Positions 8,945-18,986 are shown, counted from the stretch's first letter. The stretch: 64,000 nt of DNA from Myxococcota bacterium (GCA_942491145.1 CALOBC010000001.1:215318-279317), one strand, 5' to 3'. Translations and numbers: made by a program. The notes: generated by a model from the sequence alone, not told the origin.

Positions 8945-10258
8945 TCAGCCTGTTTCCTCGGCATTTCGTGCCAGAGCGCCACCCACAATTGCCGCAAGCG
9001 TGCGGTGCCGAGGGTGACGCGCCGCAAGATCTCGGGCCATGCGAGCGAGGGCTTCTGGGGGCGTGTCGCTCGATGCCTGGGCAAACCACGCGCCAAGGAC
9101 GGTCGCCAACACACCACTGTCGGCATCACGGTGCATGCCGGCGTCCACCCGCGCAATGATCAGCCCCATCGCGCTGGCCCGGCACCACTGGGCCTCAAGT
9201 GCGAGCGCCGGTCTTGCCGCGCGATGGGCCGCCACCACAGCCTGGAGCCCGAGGGGGGGGCTCTCCAGCGCCAAGATGTGTCGGCGCGGGCCCAGCCGGC
9301 CATCGACCTCTTCCCACAGGGCGTCGAGGGCTGATGAAGGGGCGGTGTGCAGACCGCCACCCCACGCGATGAGCACCGGCAGCACCCACTGGAGGGGATC
9401 CCCGGGGGCCGCCCAGCGCACGGCACCTTCGGCCCGGGCGAGCGCCAGATCGAGGTGGCCCGCCCCCAGCTCCAGGATGACCTGGCACTCCGCGGCGACG
9501 GCCTCGGTGTCTTCGTAGAGCGCGTCCAGGGCCGTGTCGAGGCTGCCATCCACCGGGCGCCCCCACAGCGCAAAGGCCCGCCAAGGACGGGGGGCCAACA
9601 CCAGCGCTCGGCCAGCCAGAATGCCCGCGTGGACGGGATCCTCTGCCCGCCAAGCGAAGCCCGCCGCCCGGTCCAGCAGGCCCACGCGCACATCGGCGCG
9701 GCGCTGGCCCCGGGCCTCCGCCTCGGCAGCGGTCACCCCCTCGGCCCAGCGCTCGGTGGCGGCGAGCCCGTCCAGCCACGCGTGCACCGCACGGCCGCTG
9801 GCCTGGCGCTTCGCTTGGTGCTCCAGCTCGGCCAGCTCGGCGTCCGTCCGCGGCAAGGCGTGCAGCAGTCGCGCCGCCACCCGCAGCAGCTCGCCGCTCA
9901 GCTTGTCGAGCGCCCCGAGGCCCAGCCGCAGCCCCGCAGCGGTCTCGGTCCAGTCCGCCGACGGCACCAGTGCGCGGAGCTCAGCCACCGTCAGCCCCAC
10001 GGCCACGTCCGGCCAACGGCCCAGCAGCCCGGCCAGCCGGTGTCCTCCCGCGCGTCCGCCGTCTCCCAGGGCCGCCCGCCGCGCCAGCGCGACCAGCTCC
10101 CCATCGACGGTGCCCCCCTCCAGGGTCGCCAGCACGAGCCGCCGGGCCACGGACCAGTCTCCCGCCGCCACTGCCGCGCGAAGCCCATCGGGGACCCCTG
10201 GCGTGTCGTCCAGTGGTGCGGCCCTGCCCTCCACCCATCGGCCCAGCTTGCGGGTCAA
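8945..10258 (-). CDS. Hypothetical Ala/Leu/Arg-rich protein, distal gene of the OMP-dapB operon
   Basis: 437-aa ORF starting 7 nt after the dapB stop on the same strand. No recognisable motif; composition typical of a high-GC coding frame. Confidence 0.4.
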   Translation of the reverse strand: MTRKLGRWVEGRAAPLDDTPGVPDGLRAAVAAGDWSVARRLVLATLEGGTVDGELVALARRAALGDGGRAGGHRLAGLLGRWPDVAVGLTVAELRALVPSADWTETAAGLRLGLGALDKLSGELLRVAARLLHALPRTDAELAELEHQAKRQASGRAVHAWLDGLAATERWAEGVTAAEAEARGQRRADVRVGLLDRAAGFAWRAEDPVHAGILAGRALVLAPRPWRAFALWGRPVDGSLDTALDALYEDTEAVAAECQVILELGAGHLDLALARAEGAVRWAAPGDPLQWVLPVLIAWGGGLHTAPSSALDALWEEVDGRLGPRRHILALESPPLGLQAVVAAHRAARPALALEAQWCRASAMGLIIARVDAGMHRDADSGVLATVLGAWFAQASSDTPPEALARMARDLAARHPRHRTLAAIVGGALARNAEETG

Positions 10259-10265
10259 GGGCGCC

Positions 10266-10874
10266 TCAGGGGGCTTGCAGGCCGGGTGGCTGGGTCAACA
10301 GCCAGTCCGCCCAGCGCAGCGCACCGATTGCGAACACCTCGCGGCGGGTCGCCACGTGCTTGAGCTCCAGCCGCTCACCGGGCCCGCACAGCCACACCGT
10401 GTGCTCGCCGAAGCAGTCGCCCACCCGCAGCGCGTGCACCGGCACATCTTTGCCGGTCGCCCGCACCAGGCGCTTGGCCGTGCCGCTGGGTGCGTCTTTC
10501 TTGTGGTGGTGGTGGGCCTCGACGACTTCGATGTCCCAGCCCGGCGGCAGCGCCGCGACCGCCCGAGCAACCAGATCCAGCAACAGCGGGATGCCCACCG
10601 AGAAGTTTGGCACCACCACCACGGGGGCCCGCGCGCCGTACGCCGCGAGCGCATCCATCGGCAGGTCGCCGGTCGTGCCCACCACCAGCGGCTGGCCGTG
10701 CAAGCGCGGCAGCAACGCCGTCAGTCCAGCCGCGGAGCTGACGTCGATGACCACATCACAGTCGGGCACGTCCCCCGCTCGTGTCACCGCACCGGCAAAG
10801 GCGTCGCCGGCTTGGGCCACGATGAGCTGGCCCAGTCGGCCCGAAGCACCCTGAATGGCGACCCGCGCCCCCAC
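10266..10874 (-). CDS. dapB: 4-hydroxy-tetrahydrodipicolinate reductase
   Basis: The diagnostic DapB motif EAHHHHKKDAPSGTA is present, with an N-terminal NAD-binding GxxGxxG (IQGASGRLG). Length is 202 aa. Confidence 0.9.
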   Translation of the reverse strand: MGARVAIQGASGRLGQLIVAQAGDAFAGAVTRAGDVPDCDVVIDVSSAAGLTALLPRLHGQPLVVGTTGDLPMDALAAYGARAPVVVVPNFSVGIPLLLDLVARAVAALPPGWDIEVVEAHHHHKKDAPSGTAKRLVRATGKDVPVHALRVGDCFGEHTVWLCGPGERLELKHVATRREVFAIGALRWADWLLTQPPGLQAP

Positions 10875-12245
10875 TCAGAACTCCAGAGTCGTGATCAGGC
10901 GCCCGCCGTAGGCCGGCTGGGTGAACCCGGTGCCCAAGTCGGCGTCTTCGTAGTCCCGAAGGTAGGCGCCCGGCATGAACAGCGCGCCGGTGCCTTGCAG
11001 GCGGAAGTGGGGAATCGGTTCCCACGTGACCGTCGCGTCCACCTCGGAGCCGTACCCGGGGCCCGCGGGCTCCAGATCGCTCTGCTTGGCTTGACGGGCC
11101 GCGAACCAAGCCACATCGGTGGTCAAGCCTTCGTTGAAGCGCCAGCCCACTGAAGGCCGCAGGAACAGGGCATTCGAGATGCCGTAGCCCGTGCGCGCGG
11201 CCGCCGTGGTCCGCCCGTCGTTCGTGGAATTCGGCACCGCCGCCTTCAGCGTGGGCATCGGCTCCTCAAAGAGGAACAGGCTCACGTTGAAGTCCGGATC
11301 GTAGGTGAAGGTCTTCACCGTGGTGTCGTTCGGGTCGGCATCACCCGTCGCGAAGCCCAACATCAGCCCAGCCCGGATGCGGCCAGGGTCGAGGGTCGCG
11401 CCCAAGTGGCCACCGAACGCGCTGATGCGCAGGTCGTTGACGCCCTCTTGGAGATCGCCGCCGCCGACAGTCGCCGCGAACTCGATCTCTGCCGTGGCGA
11501 TGCCCAGGTCGGCCTTGCCCCAGATGTCACCAATCCACGTGGTGAAGCGAGTGTCGCCCGTGTTCTGCCAGCGGTAGGTCTGGAACGTGCCCAGGCCGAC
11601 CTTCTCGCCAGAGTAGAGCACCGAAGCCACAACACCGTGGTAGTCGTCTTTCTGGGCGGAGTAGCCCTCGTACCGGTTCTCGATGCCACCCATCAAGAAG
11701 ATCTTTTTGATGCGGCCCGTGAACTGCGCGCGGTCGACCGTGTCACCGAACTCGTCGATGTCGCGGTTGCCCGCATTGAAGACCATGCCCGAGCCCCAGT
11801 GGTTGGGCACACGACCAAACCGCACCATGCCGTACTTGGTCTGGACTTCGCCCCAGAGCCGCGTCACCGCGATGTTCTGGAGGGTGACCGCGCCTTCGGT
11901 GGTCGTGGGCGCACTGACCGCGTCGCTGAAGACAACCGGCTGGTCCTCACCCGTGAGGGGATCGGTCACGATGGAGGGCGTGGCGCCGTACTTCACGTAG
12001 GGAAGGAAGTCGACTTGGGTGTAGATCGCGACCTTGTCCGAGAGCAAGAATCCCGGACGGAGCCGCAGCCGATGGTCCATGTGCCAGGCCGGGTCCTCCG
12101 CGTTGGGATTCGTGCCTGGATCGGACAAAGAGAGGGTGTTGAACATCTCGCCGCGGGCTCGGTAGTGTCCGTCCCATACGACCTCGGCAGCGAGGGCCGA
12201 TCCAGGGAGCAGCATTGCGAGCGGGAGCGAAATGGCTGTGAGCAT
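10875..12245 (-). CDS. Outer-membrane beta-barrel protein (C-terminal Phe)
   Basis: Signal peptide MLTAISLPLAMLLPGSALAAEV at the internal Met (about 12245). Alternating amphipathic beta-strand pattern. Terminal ...GGRLITTLEF ending in Phe. The gene abuts the dapB start. Confidence 0.65.
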   Translation of the reverse strand: MLTAISLPLAMLLPGSALAAEVVWDGHYRARGEMFNTLSLSDPGTNPNAEDPAWHMDHRLRLRPGFLLSDKVAIYTQVDFLPYVKYGATPSIVTDPLTGEDQPVVFSDAVSAPTTTEGAVTLQNIAVTRLWGEVQTKYGMVRFGRVPNHWGSGMVFNAGNRDIDEFGDTVDRAQFTGRIKKIFLMGGIENRYEGYSAQKDDYHGVVASVLYSGEKVGLGTFQTYRWQNTGDTRFTTWIGDIWGKADLGIATAEIEFAATVGGGDLQEGVNDLRISAFGGHLGATLDPGRIRAGLMLGFATGDADPNDTTVKTFTYDPDFNVSLFLFEEPMPTLKAAVPNSTNDGRTTAAARTGYGISNALFLRPSVGWRFNEGLTTDVAWFAARQAKQSDLEPAGPGYGSEVDATVTWEPIPHFRLQGTGALFMPGAYLRDYEDADLGTGFTQPAYGGRLITTLEF

Positions 12246-12338
12246 GCGCGGCAAGGGCGAGCGCCTCCGACGGGGGCCTTCAATCTGGACGTCCCCAACT
12301 GGGGCGGCAAACGAGCGGCCGGGTAGGTAGCACGGGGG

Positions 12339-12737
12339 TTGGACCACGGCAAAGCGTCGAGGACATCGGCGGTTCGGACAGCGCCGCTTGACGGGAGGCA
12401 GACCAACACACGAGACTGGTACGAACCCCTGGCATCACCGCGACATGCCATGACAATTGGCAGAAGCCCTTGGAGCGCCCCGATGTCCCCCGTGCTGAAC
12501 CTCCTCAAGACCATCTGGCGAGGCTGGAAACGCGGTGTCCATGGGATCAACTCGGTGATCAGCTTCACCTTGATGAGCTTCGTGTATTGCACCGCGCTGG
12601 CGCCTGTGGCGATTGGCTTTCGTCTGTTCAAGCCCGATCCCACCGACCGCGGCCTGGGCGATCCAAACGCCGAGTCCTACTGGCAGAACGTCAGAATCAC
12701 CGAGCAGGACGTGCGCCGCTCCCAGCGGATGTGGTGA
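12339..12737 (+). CDS. SxtJ-like small membrane protein (true start possibly the Met at about 12483)
   Basis: The C-terminal ...INSVISFTLMSFVYCTALAPVAIGFRLFKPDPTDRGLGDPNAESYWQNVRITEQDVRRSQRMW matches the SxtJ-family pattern as I recall it (hydrophobic hairpin, RLFGxDPL..., SYW...RQF/W). Confidence 0.45.
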   Translation: MDHGKASRTSAVRTAPLDGRQTNTRDWYEPLASPRHAMTIGRSPWSAPMSPVLNLLKTIWRGWKRGVHGINSVISFTLMSFVYCTALAPVAIGFRLFKPDPTDRGLGDPNAESYWQNVRITEQDVRRSQRMW

Positions 12738-12781
12738 GCCCACGGATTAGGTGGCTCGCCCCCCTCTGATCTGGAGCCGCC

Positions 12782-13885
12782 GTGCGCGACCTTGAGCAGC
12801 CCCCCCTACCCCGTGTCCTCGTCGTGGGGGTCGGCAGCATCGGCGGCACCATTGCCTGCCACCTGAGCGACGCCGATCCTTCCCCAGTGGCGAGTGTTCT
12901 CGGCCACAGCTCGAACGCGGCCATCGTGTCCGCCATCACCGAGCAGGGCTACCGACTCAAGGGCATGGACGGCCACCAGCAAGTTCCTGGCCGGGCCACA
13001 TCCACGATCGCCGAGGATGAACCCCCCTTCGACTTTGTTGTGCTCGCCACCCAGCCGCCCCAGGTGGAAGCGGCAGCCCGGAGCGCGCTGCCCTGGCTGG
13101 CCGAAGATGGCATGATGATCGTGCTTCAGAACGGCCTATGTGAGGATCGGGTGGCCCAGATCGCCGGCCCCAACCGGGTCGCGGGCGCCGTCGTGGGCTG
13201 GGGCGCCAGCACCGTGGAACCTGGGTTCTATGAGCGGACCAGCGAGGGCGGCTTCACCCTCGGCCGCATGGACGGCCAGGAAGACCCACGGCTGCGCACC
13301 CTCGCCACGCTGCTCGAGCGGGTGGGCCCCGTCGACCTCACCGACAACCTCGCGGGCGCCCGCTGGAGCAAGCTGGCCTTGAACTGCGCCGTCTCGACCT
13401 TGGGCACCATCGGCGGCGACACGCTCGGCCGGTTGATGCGGTACCTCGTGATCCGGCGGCTGGCGCTGCACCTGATGACCGAGACCGTTGCGGTCGCGAA
13501 GGCCGAGGGGGTCCAGCTCCGCAAGATCGCGGGCACCCTGGATCTGGACTGGTTGGTGCTCTCCGACGCCGAGCGCCGGTCCGTGATCGGCAGCCCCAGC
13601 CTGTTGGCCAAGCACTCGGTGCTGTTGGCGGTCGGCGCCCGCTATCGCCGCTTGCGGAGCAGCATGCTGTCGGCGATCGAGCGGGGGCGGGAGCCTGCCG
13701 TCGACTTCTTGAACGGTGAAGTGGTCAGCCGCGGGCTCCACCACGGCATCCCCACCCCGGTGAGCGCAGCAGCCCAGGACATGGTCCATCAGATCGCACG
13801 GGGCGAAGCCACCTCGGGCATGCACTCGGTCCGGCAGCTTGCCACCCGGGTGGGCCTGCAAGTCGCGGGGTTCAAGGGCGAATAG
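12782..13885 (+). CDS. 2-dehydropantoate 2-reductase (ApbA/PanE) family oxidoreductase
   Basis: GTG start. N-terminal Rossmann VLVVGVGSIGGTIA. ApbA_C-type segment ARWSKLALNCAVSTLGTIGG. Confidence 0.75.
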   Translation: MRDLEQPPLPRVLVVGVGSIGGTIACHLSDADPSPVASVLGHSSNAAIVSAITEQGYRLKGMDGHQQVPGRATSTIAEDEPPFDFVVLATQPPQVEAAARSALPWLAEDGMMIVLQNGLCEDRVAQIAGPNRVAGAVVGWGASTVEPGFYERTSEGGFTLGRMDGQEDPRLRTLATLLERVGPVDLTDNLAGARWSKLALNCAVSTLGTIGGDTLGRLMRYLVIRRLALHLMTETVAVAKAEGVQLRKIAGTLDLDWLVLSDAERRSVIGSPSLLAKHSVLLAVGARYRRLRSSMLSAIERGREPAVDFLNGEVVSRGLHHGIPTPVSAAAQDMVHQIARGEATSGMHSVRQLATRVGLQVAGFKGE

Positions 13886-13927
13886 ATCGCCCAAGAATAT
13901 CCATCATCACGACGTTCTCAGCGAAAC

Positions 13928-14128
13928 TCAGATCACCGTGTAGATGAACGGCAGCACGGGGCTGGCTTCTGCGAACAGGATGAAGGCCACCATCAGCGCC
14001 AACACAATGACGATGGGGGTCATCCACCAGGCCTTGTTGTAGATGATGAAGTCCATGAACTCCCGGGCGAGACCCTGGCGCTCATTGGGGATGATGGTCT
14101 GCGGGGCGTCGTCGGAGTTGACGGACAT
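13928..14128 (-). CDS. DUF5989 (SxtK-like) 66-aa membrane micro-protein
   Basis: MSVNSDDAPQTIIPNERQGLAREFMDFIIYNKAWWMTPIVIVLALMVAFILFAEASPVLPFIYTVI. GGAG lies about 11 nt upstream of the ATG. The longer 215-aa ORF is an Arg/Trp-rich 5' over-extension. Confidence 0.6.
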   Translation of the reverse strand: MSVNSDDAPQTIIPNERQGLAREFMDFIIYNKAWWMTPIVIVLALMVAFILFAEASPVLPFIYTVI

Positions 14129-14180
14129 CTTCAGGCTCCAAGAAGCTGGCCACAAGGGCCCGGGACACGATGGTACCACT

Positions 14181-15641
14181 TCAGCGGGGCTGTGCCACTG
14201 TGATGGTGAGCTGGCGGTCGAGGCCCGGCACCGGCACGCTGCCCGCTGTCGGCGGCCCGAAGCGCACCTGAACGGCTGCGTCGTGAACCACACCACTGAC
14301 CACCTCCCGCTCGAGACCCGCGCGGCGCAGGGCGGGCTCCAGGTGGGTGATCCAGGGATGGGTAGTCTGGACGGCGCACGGGATGTCCGGGGCACCCGCC
14401 ACAGCGACCACACCCTCGCCCGCATGGCGGACCGCGTCCACAACGGCCCCCAGTCCAAGATCATCGGGACTCGGCGGCCGCAGCCAGCGCTGCTCACAGC
14501 GGGGGTCCACCACCGGCGTCCAGGGGGCGGACTGGAGGTCAACCATGGCCAGCCCCGCCGACCAGACCAGGGCACCGCCGCCCACGATGCCGGTCACCAC
14601 GGCCGGACGGCGCACCCGGGACAAGCCGAGGCCCACGAGCAGCACCACCGGCAAGCCCAGCGGGGCGCCGAGCCGGGGATACTTCTTGGGAATGGCCACC
14701 AACAACAGCAAGCTGGTCAGGAACCAGACCACCGCACCGATGGCCGCCCGCCGCGTCGGGCCCCGCTCCACGCGCATCGCACCGAACACTGCAGCGACAC
14801 ACACCACCGGTCCAGCGAGGCTCCACGAGACCAGCGCCGGGTAGTAGGCCAAGCCCGCCAGAGCACCGACCGAATGGCCATTGTCGACGGATGCCGCCAC
14901 ATAGTCCAGCTGTGCGGCCCCTTGCCCGAGGTACCAAGGAGCGGCGCCCGCAGCCGTGGTAAGCGCGGTCGCCAGCGACCACCGGCCGAGGGGGACCAAG
15001 CCGAAGATCAGCACAGGGACGGCAGCGTAGAGAACAAAGGTCTGCTTGATGAGCAGCCCGGCGGCGAAGACCCCACCCAAGAGGACCGCGCGTCCCAGGC
15101 CCGGCCGCTGACCCGCCCAAGACGCCGTGGCCACCGCGAGGGCAACCGCGCCCACCAGCAGACCCTCCGGCATGAAGTGCCGGCCGAGCGCACCGGCCAG
15201 GGGGAGCCCGAGACCCAGGACCAGTGCGATTGCGCGGGCGGTCTCGGCGGGGGACGCACCATCGGCGGTCTTGGCGGGCACGTGCTGGCCGGCCATCCAC
15301 CCCATCGAGACTGCGGCCAGCAAGGGTCCCACGAGCCCCAGCATCCGCACGCCAACCCGGCCGGGATCGCCGCCACCCAACAGCGCCCACCCGCCCCCAA
15401 TCAGCGCCGGAAACAGCGGGGGGTACTCCCCCAGGCTCCCCCGCCAGGCCATGTCGAGAAAGCCGACAATGTCGACATCCAGGGCTCTGTGGAGGAACAG
15501 CTCGGCCGCGCCGACGTGGCCCTCTTCGTCGCCATCCCGCACCAGCCGGTCTTGGGCCAGCCACGCAAGATTGCCCAGGCACCACAGCACCACGCTGCTC
15601 CCACTGGCCCACCGCACCCAAGAACGTGGCGGGGTGGGCAT
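14181..15641 (-). CDS. Polytopic GT-C-fold glycosyltransferase-like membrane protein (GT39/GT83 ArnT/PMT-like)
   Basis: The start ATG shares its A with the upstream TGA stop (TGATG). It has 10 or more predicted TM helices plus periplasmic loops, and ...AIPKKYPRLGAPLGLP.... The 871-aa ORF version has an Arg-rich junk extension. Confidence 0.55.
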   Translation of the reverse strand: MPTPPRSWVRWASGSSVVLWCLGNLAWLAQDRLVRDGDEEGHVGAAELFLHRALDVDIVGFLDMAWRGSLGEYPPLFPALIGGGWALLGGGDPGRVGVRMLGLVGPLLAAVSMGWMAGQHVPAKTADGASPAETARAIALVLGLGLPLAGALGRHFMPEGLLVGAVALAVATASWAGQRPGLGRAVLLGGVFAAGLLIKQTFVLYAAVPVLIFGLVPLGRWSLATALTTAAGAAPWYLGQGAAQLDYVAASVDNGHSVGALAGLAYYPALVSWSLAGPVVCVAAVFGAMRVERGPTRRAAIGAVVWFLTSLLLLVAIPKKYPRLGAPLGLPVVLLVGLGLSRVRRPAVVTGIVGGGALVWSAGLAMVDLQSAPWTPVVDPRCEQRWLRPPSPDDLGLGAVVDAVRHAGEGVVAVAGAPDIPCAVQTTHPWITHLEPALRRAGLEREVVSGVVHDAAVQVRFGPPTAGSVPVPGLDRQLTITVAQPR

Positions 15642-17482
15642 CACCAGACCTGCGCCCGCCACAACAGCGCGGCCACGCCGGCCAACACCCCGGCCGCCAT
15701 GCTCTGACCCAGCCAGGGACGGCGCAGGCCAGTGGCGGCCACAACAGCGGGTCCGGTCATGGCCACGAGCGGCAGGAAGTAGTGGGTGGGGTGGTGGTCG
15801 ACGGTCGCCAACAACACGCTGTAGCAACCCGTGGCCCCCAGGACCGCCCAGAGCGCTTGCCGGGTGGGCGAGCGGGGCCCCACAAGACCCACCAGCGCGA
15901 TGAGCAGCCCCCCGCCGGTGTAGGTCAGCCACAACCAGTAGAAGCCGGGCACCCGAGCGAGCAGCTCCGCGGGCGCATAGTTGTCGTGCCAGTGCTCTGG
16001 AAAGGTCTCGAAGTAGAGCACGAACAGCAGATCTTCGGCATCGCCGGTGTAGACCGCCGCGGTCGCGATGAGCCCGCCCAACAGCACAAAGCCGGCCATG
16101 CGCAGCGCCCCTTGGGCGACCTCGGCCGGGCGGCGCACCGAGATGGCCCAGAAGCCCGCCAACAGAAGGGAGACCACCGTGCCGGGCCAGCGCAGGGCCT
16201 GGGCCGCGGTCCCCAACCCGGCGAACCAGCCCGTCCGGCCGCTGGCCAGCGCCGTCGCCACCGCCAAAACACTGGCGGCAAACAAGGAGTCGGGGAAGTT
16301 CTGGCTGGCGGGCTCCAGCATCAACAAGCCGTGGGCGCCCACGAGGGCCCCCGGCACCAGCCACGCCAGCGCCGGGGCGGCCGGCGCGATGAGGGCGCTC
16401 AAGCGCACACTCTGAAGACCGACCAACAGAATCACCCCGAGGAAGAGCACCCCCGCCGCGGGCATGTCGAGTCCCAGCAGCTGGCACGCCATCGCCAGCA
16501 CCGGGCTCCACCCTGGCGGCTGGTTCCAGGTGAACCGCCGCGAGACCAGCGTCTCCTGGGCCCAGACCAGGTTCTCGACTTGGTTGAGGATCTGCCAGCG
16601 ATCGGTGTAGCGGAGCTCGCCGGCCCCGTGTGCGGCCCAGACGGCCTCTGCGCTGGGAAAGACGTACAGGGCGTCCCCGGAGACATCGACCTCCAGCACT
16701 GCGCCCGCGTCCAGCTCGATGTGGGGGCGGATGCCGGCCACACCTCGGTCCAGGTAGCGCCGGTCCCCCCGGTCGTCGGATGCCTCCTTCATCCACTGCT
16801 GGACGGTGTTCCCCTCACCGCCGACGGACACGTGGCTGTCCAGCGGCCCCCGCACCGCGAGAACCAGTCGCCCGACGCTCTTCTGGGTGGCCACCAAGGT
16901 CTGTCGGGGGCCCTCCGGCACGAGCACTTGGGCGCCGGCCTCTGCCCACCCTACATCCCGCGCGGATGCCCAGCCTTCTCCTGGCCGAAGATGCACAGTG
17001 GCAGGCCCTTCAGCGTCGGCACCTTCCAAGTACCAGTAGCCGTCCAGCGGCCGGGCGATGTCACCGCTTCGCCACGCCGCCACCCCCAGAACCGCCACCA
17101 ACACAGCCAAAGCACCCCAGCGCTCCCGAGCTGGTGAGGCCTGGGGCGGAGGGGCACGCCGGGCCAGTCCCCAGCCGAGTGCGGCCACGAGCCCGGCACC
17201 CGCGAGCACAAAGACCGACGCCGCAGCCCCCACGATGGACAGCTCTCGGGCAGCGGAGATGCCAAACCAGCACAAACCCAGGCTGATCCACACCCCATCG
17301 AGCACCTGGCCGAGGGTGGTCTGGTCTCCACGGCGGTCCAACGCGGCCGCAATGCCCGAGCCAGGGGCCCACAGCAGCCCGGGGAGCAGGAACGCACCGG
17401 TCAGCCACCAGGGTGCGCCGAGGGCCCAAGACACCGTCGTCGCCAGCCAGAGGGCACCCGCGAGCCCCGCACGAAGGCTCAT
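15641..17482 (-). CDS. Large polytopic membrane protein (possible second GT-C-like transferase)
   Basis: 613 aa with many TM segments (MSLRAGLAGALWLATTVSWALGAPWWLTGAFLLPGLLW...) and a central soluble loop. Its ATG overlaps the WxcM stop (ATGA); its TGA overlaps the next gene's ATG. Confidence 0.55.
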   Translation of the reverse strand: MSLRAGLAGALWLATTVSWALGAPWWLTGAFLLPGLLWAPGSGIAAALDRRGDQTTLGQVLDGVWISLGLCWFGISAARELSIVGAAASVFVLAGAGLVAALGWGLARRAPPPQASPARERWGALAVLVAVLGVAAWRSGDIARPLDGYWYLEGADAEGPATVHLRPGEGWASARDVGWAEAGAQVLVPEGPRQTLVATQKSVGRLVLAVRGPLDSHVSVGGEGNTVQQWMKEASDDRGDRRYLDRGVAGIRPHIELDAGAVLEVDVSGDALYVFPSAEAVWAAHGAGELRYTDRWQILNQVENLVWAQETLVSRRFTWNQPPGWSPVLAMACQLLGLDMPAAGVLFLGVILLVGLQSVRLSALIAPAAPALAWLVPGALVGAHGLLMLEPASQNFPDSLFAASVLAVATALASGRTGWFAGLGTAAQALRWPGTVVSLLLAGFWAISVRRPAEVAQGALRMAGFVLLGGLIATAAVYTGDAEDLLFVLYFETFPEHWHDNYAPAELLARVPGFYWLWLTYTGGGLLIALVGLVGPRSPTRQALWAVLGATGCYSVLLATVDHHPTHYFLPLVAMTGPAVVAATGLRRPWLGQSMAAGVLAGVAALLWRAQVW

Positions 17483-17895
17483 GGCTGGGCCGCGAGGAGG
17501 TGAGCAGGAGCTTCAACGAGATGGGGCACCGTCACCTCATCCTCGTACCCAAAGTCGGCTATGGCGACGACCCAGGCAGGCCTGTCCCCCACCGCCCACA
17601 GTGCGTGGGCTTGGTTGGGCTCGACCCGCGCCCGGTGCTCCCCGTCCGGGGCCGGACCGAGCACGTGCTCCCACCGCTCGCCCGTCTCGACATCCACCAC
17701 CACCAGCACCACGCGGCCCACAAGTGCCATGAACCACTCGCCGCCCCGCTGGTGGACGTGGTGTCCCCGGGGGGCGCCGGGGCGAAGCTCCACCGCGTAG
17801 ACCTCGCCGGCCACTGCGCGCGGCCAGACCTTGACGAGATCACCGCGCTCATCCGTGTGGCGGACCACAGGCTCGGTCTGGGGACCGGTGCTCAT
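17479..17895 (-). CDS. WxcM/FdtA-like cupin (sugar-nucleotide 3,4-ketoisomerase-like)
   Basis: 138-aa cupin: ...HVHQRGGEWFMALVGRVVLVVVD...GEHRARVEPNQAHALWAV.... ATGA overlaps with both neighbours. Confidence 0.7.
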   Translation of the reverse strand: MSTGPQTEPVVRHTDERGDLVKVWPRAVAGEVYAVELRPGAPRGHHVHQRGGEWFMALVGRVVLVVVDVETGERWEHVLGPAPDGEHRARVEPNQAHALWAVGDRPAWVVAIADFGYEDEVTVPHLVEAPAHLLAAQP

Positions 17896-18956
17896 GCCTC
17901 ACCGCCCGACAGCGCATGGCGGGTCCACTCCAGGGTGTCCTGCAGCCCTTCCTCGAGGGTCATCGCAGGGGGCGCGCCAAACAAGCACAAGGCGGCGTGG
18001 GCGTCAGTGAACAGGGCGTCCACCTCGGCCAGTCGGCGGGGCAGCGCACCCGGCTTCACCAGGTCGGGGTCACTCCCCGCACACTCGAAGATCCGACGCG
18101 CAAGGTGGAGCACAGAGAGCCGAGGCCCCCCACCCAGGTGGAGGACTTGTCCCGGTGCGTCGGGGTGGGCACCGGCCGCGACCACGTGGGCCGCGATGTT
18201 ATCTACGTGGTTCCACTCACGCACCTGCAGACCGTCGGTGATGCCGAGCTCCTGGCCCCTCAGAGCCGCACGGCAGGCCGCCGGCACAAGCCCCGAGCGT
18301 CCCCCGGGGCCGTACGCGCGGAAGGGCCGCAGCACAACCGCCTGCAGATCGCCGCAGACCCCTCGCATGCGGACCCACTCGCTGGCGGCCGCCTTGAGGG
18401 CCCCGTAGGGCGAGGTGGTGGCCACCAACGCGTCTTCGTTCATCGGTGCCTGGGCCCCCGCCACCTCATCGCAGGTGCCCACGTGGACCAAGCGCGCGCC
18501 GCTGCGCTCACAGGCCGCAGCCACCGCACGCGTGGCGTCGACAATACCGTCCCGCAGGGCATCGTAGAGTTCTTCATCGCGGCCCAAGTTCACGGGCGCG
18601 GCGAGGTGAAAGACAACCTCGGGGTCCACCCGAGCCACCACCGCGGCGGCATCAGCCGGCAGCGTCGCTGGCCACTGAATGACTTCGTCCGCGGCCCGGT
18701 GCCGTCGCCAGGTGCCGTGCACCTCCGCCCCCGCCTCAAGCAACACACGGCAGACCGCCTGGCCCACAAAGCCCGATGCGCCCGTGACCAGCACCCGCCG
18801 TCCGAGCCAGGTTCTGGCGTTCGTCCACTGCACGGCCGAACGATACACCGAGACCCACTGTCGCCCCGCCCCGCGCACCCGCTCGCCGCCGTTCCGTGCG
18901 TCTGGGCGGCCGTGCTCACCCCAGGCGGCGACTTCTCCGAAGCCTGCACTGGCCAT
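17892..18956 (-). CDS. NAD-dependent epimerase/dehydratase (SDR-extended family). True start probably downstream of 18956.
   Basis: RRVLVTGASGFVGQAV Rossmann motif and the YGALKAAAE catalytic YxxxK. The 50-aa N-terminal extension is probably not translated. Confidence 0.75.
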   Translation of the reverse strand: MASAGFGEVAAWGEHGRPDARNGGERVRGAGRQWVSVYRSAVQWTNARTWLGRRVLVTGASGFVGQAVCRVLLEAGAEVHGTWRRHRAADEVIQWPATLPADAAAVVARVDPEVVFHLAAPVNLGRDEELYDALRDGIVDATRAVAAACERSGARLVHVGTCDEVAGAQAPMNEDALVATTSPYGALKAAASEWVRMRGVCGDLQAVVLRPFRAYGPGGRSGLVPAACRAALRGQELGITDGLQVREWNHVDNIAAHVVAAGAHPDAPGQVLHLGGGPRLSVLHLARRIFECAGSDPDLVKPGALPRRLAEVDALFTDAHAALCLFGAPPAMTLEEGLQDTLEWTRHALSGGEA

Positions 18957-18986
18957 GCTGACTTTGGCGCAGTGCCCTTCGTCGGC

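Noticed and set aside
13928-14575. 215-aa version of the DUF5989 ORF
   Set aside because: Its N-terminal 150 aa are Arg/Trp/Pro-rich with no motif. The conserved 66-aa DUF5989 sequence starts at an internal ATG that has its own GGAG RBS.
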